A stretch of 57,336 nt of DNA from a virus (IMGVR_UViG_3300045120_000351:1-57336); one strand, 5' to 3'. Positions 26,801-36,647 are shown, counted from the first letter of the stretch. Translations and numbers: made by a program. The notes: generated by a model not told the origin, from the letters alone.

Positions 26801-29800
26801 GTGCCGGCATTGGAGAGCAGGCTCGACGCGCTACTGCCAGCACCGCCGCCGGCCGCGCCCTGCCCCGCGCCGCTCGCATAGAGCCCAGCAAGGCCGCCGA
26901 TCGCGCCGCCACCAAACACCGAGCCAATGCCCGGGCCGGAGCCTACCGCCTGCGTGCCGATCAGCGGGCTTATGCCACTGACACTGCCGGCTCCGCCGCC
27001 GGCTGTCGTCGCGCCACCGCCCCCAATCGAGAACAGCTGGCCGCCGACGTTGATGAGTTGGGAGATTCCCCCAACCGAGCCGGCCCCGCCGCCGGCTGTG
27101 GTCGAGCCGCCGCTCAACAGCGAAGCAACTGACCCGAGCGTCGGCTGGTTCTGGCCAAACAGCGAATTCATAATGGGATTTAGAATCGCGAGATGCGCGA
27201 ATTGCTGCACGACCTGCGACAGCACGCCTTGCATCACCGAGCCCCATTTGACCGCAGAGCCCGAGCCTTTGACGAACGCGTCGGTGATGGAATTGCCGAT
27301 GGTGTCGAATGCGGAACTGAACTGCGACGCCAGGTAGCTAGCCGTCGCCTTCCTGTCATTCAATTGCTGCGTGAGTTGCTCCAGCGCGTCCTTCTCCGCC
27401 AGCAATGCTGCGCGTCTCGCCGGATCCAGCGACATGTTGTTCTTGTTAACCTCGTATTCGTCCTTCTTGTGCTGGATGGCGGCCTCGCGCGCATTGCTAT
27501 TCTCGAGCAGCGTGTCGGTTTCTAACTTGATGAGGTCGATCTGCTGCTGGATATCCTTAGTCTCTTGTATCGCCTTTAGGTTCGCCTGCTCGACGCCAAG
27601 CTGTTTGTACTCAGCGGTCATCTTCTCCAGTTCTGTCTTCCAGTTCTTGCTCGCTGGCGTGAGCCCATCCGCGATCAGCTTTTCCTGCGCCTGTAATTTG
27701 GCATTGATGTCGACCACGGCATCGTTGCCGGACAGGTAGGCTGTTTCCAGCGCCTTCGTCGCATCGATCTGCGCCAGCACCTTGTCCGTCTGCTTGGAGA
27801 GCGCGGATGTGTGCGAGGCTGTGCCCTTCTCCAGCTTCGCAATCGCGTCATTGTTGCCGTTGATGCCGGCCGTAAGCTGATCGTATTTGGCGGCATTCGC
27901 GGTGGTGCGCTCACCGACCTTATCCAACTCTGCGCGGTATTCGCGGTTCTGCGCGGTGAGCTTCTCGATATCTGCCGGCTTGCTGTGGCTAGCGGACTGC
28001 ACCGCCTGGGATGCGAGTGCCTTCTGCCCGGCGTAGTATTCCAGCGACGTCTGCTGCGCCAACACCTCGGCTATCGCATTTGGCGACGCGCCGGCGGCAG
28101 TCAGCTTGTCGGAGAGTTGCTTGTCCTTGGCAGCCTGCACAGCGGCTCTGTTCGCCGCAGTGTTGGCGTAGATCGCCTCAGTCTCGGCCTTGATGACCTC
28201 GATCTGCCCGAGGATGTTACGGCTGTCCTCCATCGCCTTGACGCTGGCAATCGCTGACGCGTTGTTGAGGTACGCCGTCGTCAGACGATCGACGTCGTCC
28301 GTGAACTTTTGAGTGGCTGGGGATTGTCCCTGCGCGATTTCCGCCTCGTATGCCTTGGCATGTGCGGTCGCCTGCAGGACCGCGTAGTCGCCCTGTGCAT
28401 ACGCGTTGGCGATCTCGTTCTGGCCCTTGGTGTTTGCCTCGCTCGCTTCGACCGCTTTGTCGGTCGCGGTCTTGAAGAAGTTGTCGGCGGCAATCGTCGC
28501 CTCGTCGAACGTCTTCTGCGCAATCCGCAGCCCTTTCTCCAGTACAGCGGTTTGCTCTGCGGTGCCGCCGGTCGAAGTGCCCATCTTCGCAATGGCAGCC
28601 TCTAACCCAGTGACCGACGCCTTCGCCTCATCAAGCTTGCCGAATGGCGACTTGCTGATCAGGTCGACCGTGGCCTCGAAGGTCTTGTTGAACTCGGCGA
28701 CCGCTTTCGTCGCGTCCACCGCCATCTGCTTCATTGCGTCGGTGAGACCCGGGAGTCTCTGGTCCGGCGTCGGCGTCTTCGCCGCCAGTTGTTCCTGGGT
28801 GCCGCCATAAGGCAGGAGTGCCTGCGCGCTGTTGGGGTCGTGGCCAGATCCCATCTTTTGGAGCTTGTCGACCAGCGCGTCCGCTGACTCCACCGCAACG
28901 GTTGCCAACCGCGACAACCCGCCTTGCGGCGCAGTGATCCCGTCGCCCTCCTTCTTCACCGAGGCGAACTTCTGCAGCAGGCTATCCATCGCCCTGCCAA
29001 GAGGCGTCATGGCATCGGCTGTGGAGCCACTCACGGTTTTCATGCGCTCCAGCACCGCGTTGTAGGCATCGCCGGCGTTGCCAGACAGTTCCATCTCTTT
29101 GATGGACTGCGCCATGGCGTCCGTCATGCCGAATAGGTGCTTCTGCGCGAATTCCTCGGCAGCCTTCCCAGGCTCTTGGATCGCCTTCTTGATGAATTTG
29201 TCAGCCGCTTCCGGGACCGTCACGCCCATGACTGTCGCCAGGTCTTTCGACAGGCTGACGAGCTTCGCGATGTCTTCCGTGGAGCCAGCAAAAGCAGAGT
29301 TGGGCGCTGACAGGATGTTGCCGGCGGCCGCCAATCCCTCCGCGCGACCTACTGGGCTGGTAGCGGCAGCTTTGCTCGCTGCTTGCTCCGCTTGTTTGGC
29401 GAGGGCAGCGTAGTCCTCATGCGTCGCCCGCAGGGTCTGCTGCAGGGTGAGCATCGACGTGTTGCTGTGCTCGGTGGCGAGCGCCATGGCTCCGAGGCCA
29501 GCGGTCAGCGCACCGACGGCGGCAACCCCAGCGCCGAGCGGGGATCCAAACCACCCGACCACCTTCTTGATCGCATTGGTAACGACGTCGAAGCCCGTGC
29601 CGGTCGACAGAGCCACGTCGACCAACTGGTGCCCCTGCTCCACCAGCGCCGTCATGAATGGAATGCCGGACTCCAGGCTCGAGAAGAATTGGACGGTCTG
29701 GACACCCAATTGTCTCGTCGCGAATGCAGCCTGGCCGTGGCCGCCCGCATATGCGCTCGACGCGACAGTCCCTTTCGCCAGCCCCGCATTCAGCTTGTCG

Positions 29801-31263
29801 AGCTCGGTGTTGTACCGCTGCGTGCTTATGAACGGCGACGCAAGATCCAGCTCTTTTTTCGCTGCCGCATAGCGCATCGACGCAGCGTACACTTCGTCAT
29901 ACTTCGCGCGCGCGGCGTCCAACTCGCCAAGCTGCGTCCTACCAGTGTCTGACGTTGAACCAAACGCGGCCTCGAGATCGGCGCCGCGACTTTGGAATTG
30001 CGCGTCGGACATCCGGTTGCCAACGCCGGCGAACGCATTGGCCTTCTGCTGAAATGCCTCGGCGGCCGCAGCGGTGCCACGGATCGCCTCAACCGCTGCC
30101 TCGTGGTCCCTGACGAGCCTGGCGAGCGCCTCCTCCTGCAATTCAATCGACGGCAGCAGGCCGAGGCGGATCGCCTTGGCCAGCGCATCGGTGCCCTCGG
30201 TGAACTTGAGGTTGGCTGCGAACAGTGGATCGAACCGACTTTGGAGATCATTGAGCGACGCGGCATAGGCGTCGATGTCGTCCTTGCGCTTCGCAGCGTC
30301 GGCTTCCGAGTAAGGCGTGCCGAGGCCGCTGACGCTGGCCCCGCCCCTACCCGCCGACTTGCTCGGATCGCCCAGCGTCTGGTTGAAAGACGCCTGCGCC
30401 AGTTTGGCGAATGACTCAGCGGCCTTGTCGGCTGCGATCCCGGCGTCGATGACAGCCTGGGCGTCTTTCTTCATCGCCTCGAAGTGCGCGTCGGCTGCGG
30501 CCTTCGCGTCGGCTTGCTTCTTCGCCAGGGTGTCAGTGCCGACGAATAGCTTTTCAAACTTGGCGTTGAGCTCGTCCAGCGCGCGCGCCTGCGCCTGGGG
30601 GCCTTCGATCGCGCCAGTCTTGAAGGCCATGTTGAGCAGCGCGAACTCTTTCTCGTACTGCATTGAGATCGAGTAGACGCTGTCGAAATGCCCGCGCAGC
30701 GATGATAGCGACTGGCCAAAGATCGCCGCCTCGGCCGAGCCCTTGGTGAACGCCGCTGCCGTCGCGGCGGCCGATGTCGCCAGCCCGAGGAGGAGCTCGT
30801 CGCCCTCGGCCAGGCCGGCCTGCCAGAGCTCGTTCGACTGTCGCGCTGCCTCCTGCGCATCGCGCATCGAGGCCAGCGAGGCCTTCAGCTTGTCGACGCC
30901 CTCGGTCTGCTTCGCCAGCACGCGGCCGATGACTTCCGGGTCAGCCACGCCCTTCGCGAGCCCGGCGGCCGCGAGCCCCTGGACGCGGACGAGCTCTTCC
31001 TGGGCCGCCTTCAGCTTCACGGTGGCGGCCGTGACAGCATCCTGCCGGGCCGCCACACGCTCCCACGCGGCGGCGGCGGCGGTGACCTTGGCACCGGCAG
31101 ACCCGGCCGCCTCGCCGGCTCCCTGCACCGCCTTACCGGCCGCCTCGGCCGAGCCGGTCAGCTTGGCCAGCGCAGCGGCGATGGCTTCCGCCTGCGCGGT
31201 AATGTCGTCCTGCAGACTCAGTCTGGTGATGAAGTCGTCGGTGACGGTTTCGTTGGTTGCCAT
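23803..31263 (-). CDS. tape measure protein (2486 aa)
   Basis: Ala-rich helical; QLGVQTVQFFSSLESGIPFMTALVEQGHQL motif; position after chaperones. Confidence 0.92.
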   Translation of the reverse strand: MATNETVTDDFITRLSLQDDITAQAEAIAAALAKLTGSAEAAGKAVQGAGEAAGSAGAKVTAAAAAWERVAARQDAVTAATVKLKAAQEELVRVQGLAAAGLAKGVADPEVIGRVLAKQTEGVDKLKASLASMRDAQEAARQSNELWQAGLAEGDELLLGLATSAAATAAAFTKGSAEAAIFGQSLSSLRGHFDSVYSISMQYEKEFALLNMAFKTGAIEGPQAQARALDELNAKFEKLFVGTDTLAKKQADAKAAADAHFEAMKKDAQAVIDAGIAADKAAESFAKLAQASFNQTLGDPSKSAGRGGASVSGLGTPYSEADAAKRKDDIDAYAASLNDLQSRFDPLFAANLKFTEGTDALAKAIRLGLLPSIELQEEALARLVRDHEAAVEAIRGTAAAAEAFQQKANAFAGVGNRMSDAQFQSRGADLEAAFGSTSDTGRTQLGELDAARAKYDEVYAASMRYAAAKKELDLASPFISTQRYNTELDKLNAGLAKGTVASSAYAGGHGQAAFATRQLGVQTVQFFSSLESGIPFMTALVEQGHQLVDVALSTGTGFDVVTNAIKKVVGWFGSPLGAGVAAVGALTAGLGAMALATEHSNTSMLTLQQTLRATHEDYAALAKQAEQAASKAAATSPVGRAEGLAAAGNILSAPNSAFAGSTEDIAKLVSLSKDLATVMGVTVPEAADKFIKKAIQEPGKAAEEFAQKHLFGMTDAMAQSIKEMELSGNAGDAYNAVLERMKTVSGSTADAMTPLGRAMDSLLQKFASVKKEGDGITAPQGGLSRLATVAVESADALVDKLQKMGSGHDPNSAQALLPYGGTQEQLAAKTPTPDQRLPGLTDAMKQMAVDATKAVAEFNKTFEATVDLISKSPFGKLDEAKASVTGLEAAIAKMGTSTGGTAEQTAVLEKGLRIAQKTFDEATIAADNFFKTATDKAVEASEANTKGQNEIANAYAQGDYAVLQATAHAKAYEAEIAQGQSPATQKFTDDVDRLTTAYLNNASAIASVKAMEDSRNILGQIEVIKAETEAIYANTAANRAAVQAAKDKQLSDKLTAAGASPNAIAEVLAQQTSLEYYAGQKALASQAVQSASHSKPADIEKLTAQNREYRAELDKVGERTTANAAKYDQLTAGINGNNDAIAKLEKGTASHTSALSKQTDKVLAQIDATKALETAYLSGNDAVVDINAKLQAQEKLIADGLTPASKNWKTELEKMTAEYKQLGVEQANLKAIQETKDIQQQIDLIKLETDTLLENSNAREAAIQHKKDEYEVNKNNMSLDPARRAALLAEKDALEQLTQQLNDRKATASYLASQFSSAFDTIGNSITDAFVKGSGSAVKWGSVMQGVLSQVVQQFAHLAILNPIMNSLFGQNQPTLGSVASLLSGGSTTAGGGAGSVGGISQLINVGGQLFSIGGGGATTAGGGAGSVSGISPLIGTQAVGSGPGIGSVFGGGAIGGLAGLYASGAGQGAAGGGAGSSASSLLSNAGTLFSVGKALFPDTFSLGGSGSSIFGNLGESLGLTGESGALSGVTSFLNTPLVVSSQAGPVTSGLAAGGAGLPGTVTLGGVIGAAGAGYGAGSLIGSYVQGATGKTGPGPEVGAALGTAIGIGAVALAPATFGTSLLVGALIGGSIGGAAGGLIGPKAPSAFSSTMVTTDAQGLLQVGGTTAQRVNASGERAAAIGAAAAINDMLTKGGLRVSSLEGANTGAPYLQIGQNTPGGFQDPSKHSDFGAAFPFLRFSSSDQLTNQFIQGRLFQSPEELGGVTTSLRDFENALKGTKAESDTAGIAMRALAGAANTDVQPALQKAATFITATFPTLTQGNRGSLAVAQDQVTAQYGEALGTAQQLGFGYDDLLAARQKLYEKNQIAANQQIDATAASVNTRYFAARANVTGSRDDALTSQLVSFDTQAKQAHQQLSQTLLGIWGDAAETSADYQNRMAEDDKATAEERLAILTAFNKQTETLMKASYEQLETLRSRATTSIATLSGDPHQIAYAQQVNLQRTQAAELRAYTESEKQTFGDAFQSADPNYYEKLGNLMTSQTYEMAQLNQTIARQNLNLQIASTRQDQGLTVRSAAASAALYPTAAGAQAAYYKFDVAAQQETQDFYTQARDSYGDAYTVSEEYYRKLNNLIAVQGQERLVLEQTLNQRLRQQAISSWQQDIGFTTRRDTARAAISRDPIAVASASLSALYVQQVEEMQNLKEGLASTYGDAYTTTAEYYGKVGSLQEAQTAEMQSAQQTINRQLRQLTIDSANQNAGFAQRYQTAHAAVTGSTADKNAAALAQQDEAAREELTNLYLSLTNTYGDAYALTAEYGDKINALVKAQGEERLELEKQQQDALTSTAEASIASLVEYSKTLQTSDKSPLSPLAQLDLAKSQFQTQSGLASSGDYGAIQTLQNYSETYLAAAHTVYGSGIDYVKAFSEVISTLADISTQTPDMLTASVLQQETRSQTAILVEQLQELKDEVVALRLQVAQGTSAPARVS

Positions 31264-31265
31264 CG

Positions 31266-31958
31266 TCAGCGCTCAGTCAACCGCAGCGCGGGATACGTTA
31301 TCTCCTGGCCTTGATACCGGCCGCGCCGGAGGTGGTATGGCACTTCCCATCCGCGCGCACCGGCACCACCGGGGATCGTGACGAACAGTCGCTCGATCAA
31401 TGCCCCTTTGAATTTCGACTGTGCCCATGCGCGCGTGCGCTCAGTCACAACGAGCTCTGGGTGGGAATAACTGGTCAGCCGTCCGCTGCGGCCGCCGGAA
31501 CGGCCTTGCTCCTCCAAACGACGCGCGTATGGCGCGAAGTTGGAGATGACGACTTTGGAATTGTGGGGGATTGTTTTGCTGAGATCGGTGACGACGACGC
31601 CGTCGACCATGAGAAACCATGCGTCAGCATAGTCGCCGTCTTTGCGCGGCGAGATCGTCTTGGCGTAGTCCAAGATCGCGCGCACGACACCGTCCAGCAA
31701 CCGGAACTTAATCTCGACGACGCCACCACGGAAGGTGATGGTCGAGAGATCGCCGGTCTTCTTCCCATCGACGAACATGTCGTAGAGGGGGAGCTCGCCG
31801 CCGCGTTTCATCTCCTCGAGCCGCTGCTCGAGATGGCGTTTGACACGGGCGGATGCGTCGGGTGACTGAGCACGTCGCTCAATCATCCGACGCACATTCT
31901 TCATCAGGTTAGGCCCGGCTAGTTCCAGGCCGTTGGTGGCTCTCGCGAAGCTGGGCAT
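31266..31958 (-). CDS. HK97 gp10-like tail completion protein
   Basis: SPRKDGDYADAW and NFAPYARRLE motifs. Confidence 0.6.
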   Translation of the reverse strand: MPSFARATNGLELAGPNLMKNVRRMIERRAQSPDASARVKRHLEQRLEEMKRGGELPLYDMFVDGKKTGDLSTITFRGGVVEIKFRLLDGVVRAILDYAKTISPRKDGDYADAWFLMVDGVVVTDLSKTIPHNSKVVISNFAPYARRLEEQGRSGGRSGRLTSYSHPELVVTERTRAWAQSKFKGALIERLFVTIPGGAGARGWEVPYHLRRGRYQGQEITYPALRLTER

Positions 31959-32359
31959 CAGCGCGGGCTCCGGCGCGCTGCCGCTGCGTCATTCGCGTTA
32001 CGCTCCGCCCACCAGGTGAGGTACTCGGAGTCCATCGCCTGCACCACGCGGTCGAGCATGAGATATTCTCCGCGTGTGAGGTGGTGATGCTCCGCCCACG
32101 TCCGCACCAAGCCCCACGGGATAGCGCCTGGCACCATCGGGCCCATGCCGCCGCCGTAGTAGGGACGATCCGGGTGTAGCCGATGCCAGGCACGCCATAT
32201 CCAGTGGAAGGCAGGCTCGATGAACGGGGCTGGTGGCAGGTCGTCGTCGCGAATGTCGGGCCGCTGCCCTGCAGCGATCATCCGCTGCCTGATCTCAAGC
32301 ATGCGGCTCCGCAGCGTGCCGTAGCTCAGTTCGAGTCGAAGCCCCTCTCGGAGTTTTTT
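31958..32359 (-). CDS. tail assembly chaperone frameshift extension (T part of G-T)
   Basis: Open -1 frame after A AAA AAC slippery site at 32353-32359; WRAWHRL..DR..GGMG..PGAIPW...AMDSEYL. Confidence 0.8.
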   Translation of the reverse strand, partial: KKLREGLRLELSYGTLRSRMLEIRQRMIAAGQRPDIRDDDLPPAPFIEPAFHWIWRAWHRLHPDRPYYGGGMGPMVPGAIPWGLVRTWAEHHHLTRGEYLMLDRVVQAMDSEYLTWWAERNANDAAAARRSPR

Positions 32360-32760
32360 GCTGCAGCCTCGACCTGGGCGAGCGACCGCGCGTTGACGCG
32401 TCCCGCAGCCTCCCAGCACGCGCGGAGCAGCCGCGAATACTCCTGCCGGTGCAGCAACTGGTGGAACTGCTCGAGCGTCACCGGCTCACCGTCCTTGTCG
32501 TATAAGTTGCGCACACCGATGACGATAAACTCTGCCATCAGTCCCGCATTGATCCGCCGTCCCTCGGCGTTTGGTATCCTCTCTCGCTCTCCGTTGTAGG
32601 CTTCAGCTGCAGCGATCAGCCGCGCAGTGCGGGCGTCGGTGAATTCATCAGTGAAGCCGCGCGTCTGGATCTCGAGATCCCCATAGGCTTCGCTGACCCG
32701 GATCCAGGCACCATCGCTGATGGCGCGGATATCGGTTTGGAACTCGTTAAGATTGGCCAT
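32326..32760 (-). CDS. tail assembly chaperone (G)
   Basis: Between tail tube and tape measure; ends AAAKNS at the slippery site. Confidence 0.8.
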   Translation of the reverse strand: MANLNEFQTDIRAISDGAWIRVSEAYGDLEIQTRGFTDEFTDARTARLIAAAEAYNGERERIPNAEGRRINAGLMAEFIVIGVRNLYDKDGEPVTLEQFHQLLHRQEYSRLLRACWEAAGRVNARSLAQVEAAAKNSERGFDSN

Positions 32761-32810
32761 GTGCTTCCTGTCCTGTGGAAGGTGAATGGCGCGTGACCGG
32801 CGCCCAGGAC

Positions 32811-32870
32811 GGCGCTGATCACGCGCCGACGGGCGGGAAGGAGTTCCAACTCCCGCCCGCCATCAGCGCC
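32811..32870 (-). other. extended RNA stem-loop between tail tube and chaperone genes
   Basis: Nested inverted repeats GGCGCTGAT/ATCAGCGCC and CGGGCGGGA/TCCCGCCCG. Confidence 0.6.
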
Positions 32871-32893
32871 AGTGGGCGACGCCGATCTCTGGA

Positions 32894-34105
32894 TCAGTTG
32901 GGAGGTGGGTGCCGATCGATCTGGAAAGTCCCGCCCAGAGTTGGGTCGGGATTGACCTCAAATGTGACGTCGACAAACACCGCAGTGCCGGGCCCGGTTG
33001 AGTTGATTTTCACGAACAGCGTGACTTGCTGGAACGACATCACATAGGAGTTGCCGACGCTGTCCTTCAAATACAGCTGCATGTCGGCCGAGAAGGATGT
33101 CTCGAAGAAGTTGTACAGCGTGAAGTCCTTGCAGTACATTCGGAACGCGCCGGAGGCTGTGAAGGTGCCGCCGAGCATACCGTCCGCGCCCGCTGTGCCG
33201 CCGAGGCTAAACTCCGGTGCGGCGCCGGTGTTTTCCAACGTCATCGACAGCTGGTCGAGCAAACCTGTGACGGTGCCGACGTTGTAAGCGATTCTGACAA
33301 ATCCGCCGACAGGATCGATCACCGGGCCGGATGGCGCCACGATCGTCGCGCCGGTTGACGCTTCGGCCGTCGTGGAGACTTCCGATTGGGCCATGAGATC
33401 AATGGCGCCGGTGAAGAAGTTCCCGACCGATGCGCCCAGCGTCATCCTGGTCACATAGGAGCCGCCGTAGCGCAGGAACTTGGTCGAGGAGAACTTCTGT
33501 TGGAGGAAGAGGCTCTTGAAGGTCGTGCCGTTGTTAAGCCGCGAGCCCGTGATCTTGACGTTTGTCCCGGTCGAGGTCTCGGTGTTGGCGCCTACCGCAA
33601 CACCAGTGACGGTCATGTTCTGCAGGGACGGCATCGTCACTACGCGCCACCAGGTGTTGTAGCCAGCGAGCACGAAGCCAGACACCCGTATATACTGTCC
33701 GACCGTGATGTTGGCGAACTTATTGGCCAGCGTCGACGTGATCGTCTGCGTCGCGGTGCCGGTCGATGTCATCGTGATGTCAGTGCCGATCGATGCCACG
33801 CCTGCTGCCGCACTCCAATCGCCCTGCATGCAGGACGCGAAGAAGTCATCATAGTTGCCGTAGCTGAACGCGTAGTTGATCGTGCCGCCGCTGCTCTGCG
33901 AGACGGTGATCGCCTGCGTCACCTCCCGCATCACGTTGATCTCGGACGGTCGTGCGCGTGTCTTCGTCAGTGCGAGCGTGTCCGAGGTGTATCGTATCGC
34001 CTGGAACGGCACGAGCGGACGACTGCCCCAGGTGGTTTCTACCCCATAACTTAGCTGCGTTTGGTTGGACTCGATGCCAGCCTGATAATTGCCTGTCGCG
34101 GCCAT
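32894..34105 (-). CDS. tail tube protein, paralog 2
   Basis: YGVETTWG...PSEIN...GGTINY; colinear with 34131..35348. Confidence 0.85.
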   Translation of the reverse strand: MAATGNYQAGIESNQTQLSYGVETTWGSRPLVPFQAIRYTSDTLALTKTRARPSEINVMREVTQAITVSQSSGGTINYAFSYGNYDDFFASCMQGDWSAAAGVASIGTDITMTSTGTATQTITSTLANKFANITVGQYIRVSGFVLAGYNTWWRVVTMPSLQNMTVTGVAVGANTETSTGTNVKITGSRLNNGTTFKSLFLQQKFSSTKFLRYGGSYVTRMTLGASVGNFFTGAIDLMAQSEVSTTAEASTGATIVAPSGPVIDPVGGFVRIAYNVGTVTGLLDQLSMTLENTGAAPEFSLGGTAGADGMLGGTFTASGAFRMYCKDFTLYNFFETSFSADMQLYLKDSVGNSYVMSFQQVTLFVKINSTGPGTAVFVDVTFEVNPDPTLGGTFQIDRHPPPN

Positions 34106-34130
34106 AGCCGGTGCCTCCTATCCCGCTGGA

Positions 34131-35348
34131 TTACGAATTGGCCAAGCGGTCAATGATGACGGTGCCGCCAGTCACTGGCGCCGGATTGGCCTCGAAGGTG
34201 ATCTCCGCGTAGACCGGTTGACCTGGGCCGCCGGCGTTGAGCTTCACCATCATGAAAGTATTGGGGAAGGTGAATGCGTAGGCATTGCCAACATTGCTCT
34301 GCACGATGAATGACAGAGATCCCAGCGTCTCCCCGGTGAAAAAGTTGTAGTTGATGAAGTCGTTGAAGTACATGCGGAAGCTGCCGCTTGCCGTGAATGT
34401 GCCACTGAGCATGCCGACGGCAATCTGCCCGCCGAGCCCGTATTCGGGCGCGGCCCCAGTGTTCTCGAGGGTGATCGCCATCTGATCGAGCGTGCCAACC
34501 ATCGGCTGCCCGTTCCAATAGCAGCCCACGAAGCCTGAGACGGGATCCATGACCGGTGTCGTTGGGGCGGCGATGACCGCGCCGGTCGAACTGTCCGCGA
34601 CCAGGTTGTCTTCGTCCTTCGCGATGACATCGATGGCGCCGGTGAAAAAGTTGCCGACGGAACCGGAGACGGTCAGCCGCGAGACGTAGGTGCCGGGATA
34701 GACGAGATACATTGTCGGCGAGAGCGACTGCTGCATGAAGAGAGATTTGAAGGTGACGCCGTTTGCTATCGTGGAGCCACGCACATGCGCTGCAGTGGCG
34801 GCGGGTGTTTCCGTGACCGCTAAGGTGCGCTGCGGCCCGTCCAGTGTCAGATGCGAGTCATCGGTGTGCGCCTTGACGTACCAGAAGCCGTTGTTGGCGG
34901 CGTTGGTGAAGCCGTAGAGCTTGATCCACGAGTTGACCCCAAGCGTCGCGAACTTGGTGCCGAGCGTCGACGACAGCACCACGGTGTTGTTGGGGGACAC
35001 GCCGGTGCTTGTAAGGATGATATCGGCGGCGATGCCGTTGATGACCTGGAAGGCCTGCCAGTCTTTCTGCAGCACCACACTGAAGAAATCATCATAGACG
35101 CCGTATGCCAGGGCGTAGTTGATCGTGCCGCCCGCCGTCTGTTGCGTCGTGACACTCTGCGACGCCTCACGAGTGATATTGATTTCCGACGGGCGCTGCC
35201 TGGTCTTCGTTTCGGCCAAGGTGTCGGACATATACCGGATCGCTTTGAAGGCGACGGCCGGAGCAATGCCCCAGGTGAGCTCATTGGCATACGAGATTCT
35301 GGTTTGGTTGGCTTCAATGCCGGCCTGATAGTTAGCAGTCGCGGGCAT
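34131..35348 (-). CDS. tail tube protein, paralog 1
   Basis: YANELTWG...PSEIN...GGTINY; strong RBS. Confidence 0.85.
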   Translation of the reverse strand: MPATANYQAGIEANQTRISYANELTWGIAPAVAFKAIRYMSDTLAETKTRQRPSEINITREASQSVTTQQTAGGTINYALAYGVYDDFFSVVLQKDWQAFQVINGIAADIILTSTGVSPNNTVVLSSTLGTKFATLGVNSWIKLYGFTNAANNGFWYVKAHTDDSHLTLDGPQRTLAVTETPAATAAHVRGSTIANGVTFKSLFMQQSLSPTMYLVYPGTYVSRLTVSGSVGNFFTGAIDVIAKDEDNLVADSSTGAVIAAPTTPVMDPVSGFVGCYWNGQPMVGTLDQMAITLENTGAAPEYGLGGQIAVGMLSGTFTASGSFRMYFNDFINYNFFTGETLGSLSFIVQSNVGNAYAFTFPNTFMMVKLNAGGPGQPVYAEITFEANPAPVTGGTVIIDRLANS

Positions 35349-35401
35349 GGTTCTCTCCTATTGTTAAGTGTGCTGCACGCGACAGCAGGCCGCGTCGCTG
35401 C

Positions 35402-35866
35402 TTAGGCGATGACGACAGAGTTGGAAGCTGGCGCGGCGACCTGGCCTTGCTCGTTGACCGCAGTGACGACGCACGTCGCGGTCTTGCCGACGTCACTCGG
35501 CTGGCAGACGTAGTTGGGCTCTTGCGTGCCGGGATTGATGCCGCCGATCGACCATCTGTAGAGGTACGAGGTCGGGGTTCCTGTCCAATTTCCCATTGTG
35601 CAACTCAGGACATTTGCTGACTGCGACAGGAACGGGACATCGACGTTGACCGGCGCTTCCACCGTGAGATCGGGCTGCGCCGATGGCGGGCTGATATGCC
35701 GCGCATTCACGCTCTCGTAGACCCAGAAGCCGTAGCGGTTGCCGTCCTGCGCGAGCTCGATGCAGCGGAAGCACGCATCGTCCGCGCTGGTCTCGACGAT
35801 CTCGCCAGTTTCCGCGAACGAGCCGGAGCCCGGCGGGGTTTCCGCCAGGATATGGTACTGTTGCAT
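35402..35866 (-). CDS. Ig-like domain virion protein
   Basis: PVNVDVP...LSCTMGNWTGTPTSYLYRW...DVGKTATCVVTAVN. Confidence 0.65.
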   Translation of the reverse strand: MQQYHILAETPPGSGSFAETGEIVETSADDACFRCIELAQDGNRYGFWVYESVNARHISPPSAQPDLTVEAPVNVDVPFLSQSANVLSCTMGNWTGTPTSYLYRWSIGGINPGTQEPNYVCQPSDVGKTATCVVTAVNEQGQVAAPASNSVVIA

Positions 35867-35879
35867 GATATTGGTTCCT

Positions 35880-36308
35880 TCAAGGTGGGGCGATTAGCCG
35901 GTCCTGGTACTGGTAGTTCACGATTACTGTGAGGCGGCGGTACATTCCGTCGTCTTTATTTGCCATCGGGTCGGCTGACTGGTCATTGCGATAGACCAGA
36001 CCCTTTGGGGTCGTGGTGTTGATCCCGCGAAATGCCTCCTGGAAGGCCTTGGCTTTCACCAGGGCATCGCGCCAGCCGGTGCCGATCGGGACCATGATGT
36101 GCAGGTAGCCTTGGCCGTATTCGATCCAGGCGTTGTCGCCGAGCTCCAGCTGCACTGAGCTCTGTGAGGCTACCTCGATGTCGAGCCAGGTTTGCGAAGG
36201 CTCCGGCCGCGCGCCGGCCGGCTCGTTTGGCATCTCGAAGGTGATGCCCAATTGCGTCGCCACCGCCTGCACGCGCGGTATGAAATCATCCCAGACCACG
36301 GGGGACAT
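35880..36308 (-). CDS. tail terminator-like protein
   Basis: MPNEP...WLDIE...IMVPIGTG pattern and position. Confidence 0.65.
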   Translation of the reverse strand: MSPVVWDDFIPRVQAVATQLGITFEMPNEPAGARPEPSQTWLDIEVASQSSVQLELGDNAWIEYGQGYLHIMVPIGTGWRDALVKAKAFQEAFRGINTTTPKGLVYRNDQSADPMANKDDGMYRRLTVIVNYQYQDRLIAPP

Positions 36309-36311
36309 CGA

Positions 36312-36647
36312 TCATCCGCCCAAGGTCTTGAGTGTGTAGACGGTGTCCTCGTCGAGGCGATCGATATTCACATTCGCCAGGACCGTCCGCACCGCGCCGT
36401 TTGAATAGACGATCTGGTCGCCTTGCCGGGGCGGAGCCGGCCATTGCACCGCGCGCATCTCTCGATCGGTGATCTGAATCTGATCGGCGGTCTGCTGCAC
36501 GTTGCCGACGAGCACGCTCTCGACGCCACGCCGCACGTTGCCGAGGCACTGCACCGAGAACGCGACCTGGCGCGTGCCAGTGAGCCGGCGGATCGTGAAG
36601 GTGTCGCCGTTCCGCGCGCACAAGCTCATGAAGCTGTCCGCGTTCAC
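36312..36647 (-). CDS. head-tail joining (head closure) protein
   Basis: Position; PPRQGDQIV motif. Confidence 0.6.
   Translation of the reverse strand: MNADSFMSLCARNGDTFTIRRLTGTRQVAFSVQCLGNVRRGVESVLVGNVQQTADQIQITDREMRAVQWPAPPRQGDQIVYSNGAVRTVLANVNIDRLDEDTVYTLKTLGG

Noticed and set aside
20543-31865. Long plus-strand ORFs such as 24034..26040 and 21644..22801
   Set aside because: Antisense shadows of GC-rich structural genes; Arg-rich and without motifs
32353-32359. -1 frameshift site as a novelty
   Set aside because: Real, but it is the canonical tail chaperone G/G-T mechanism
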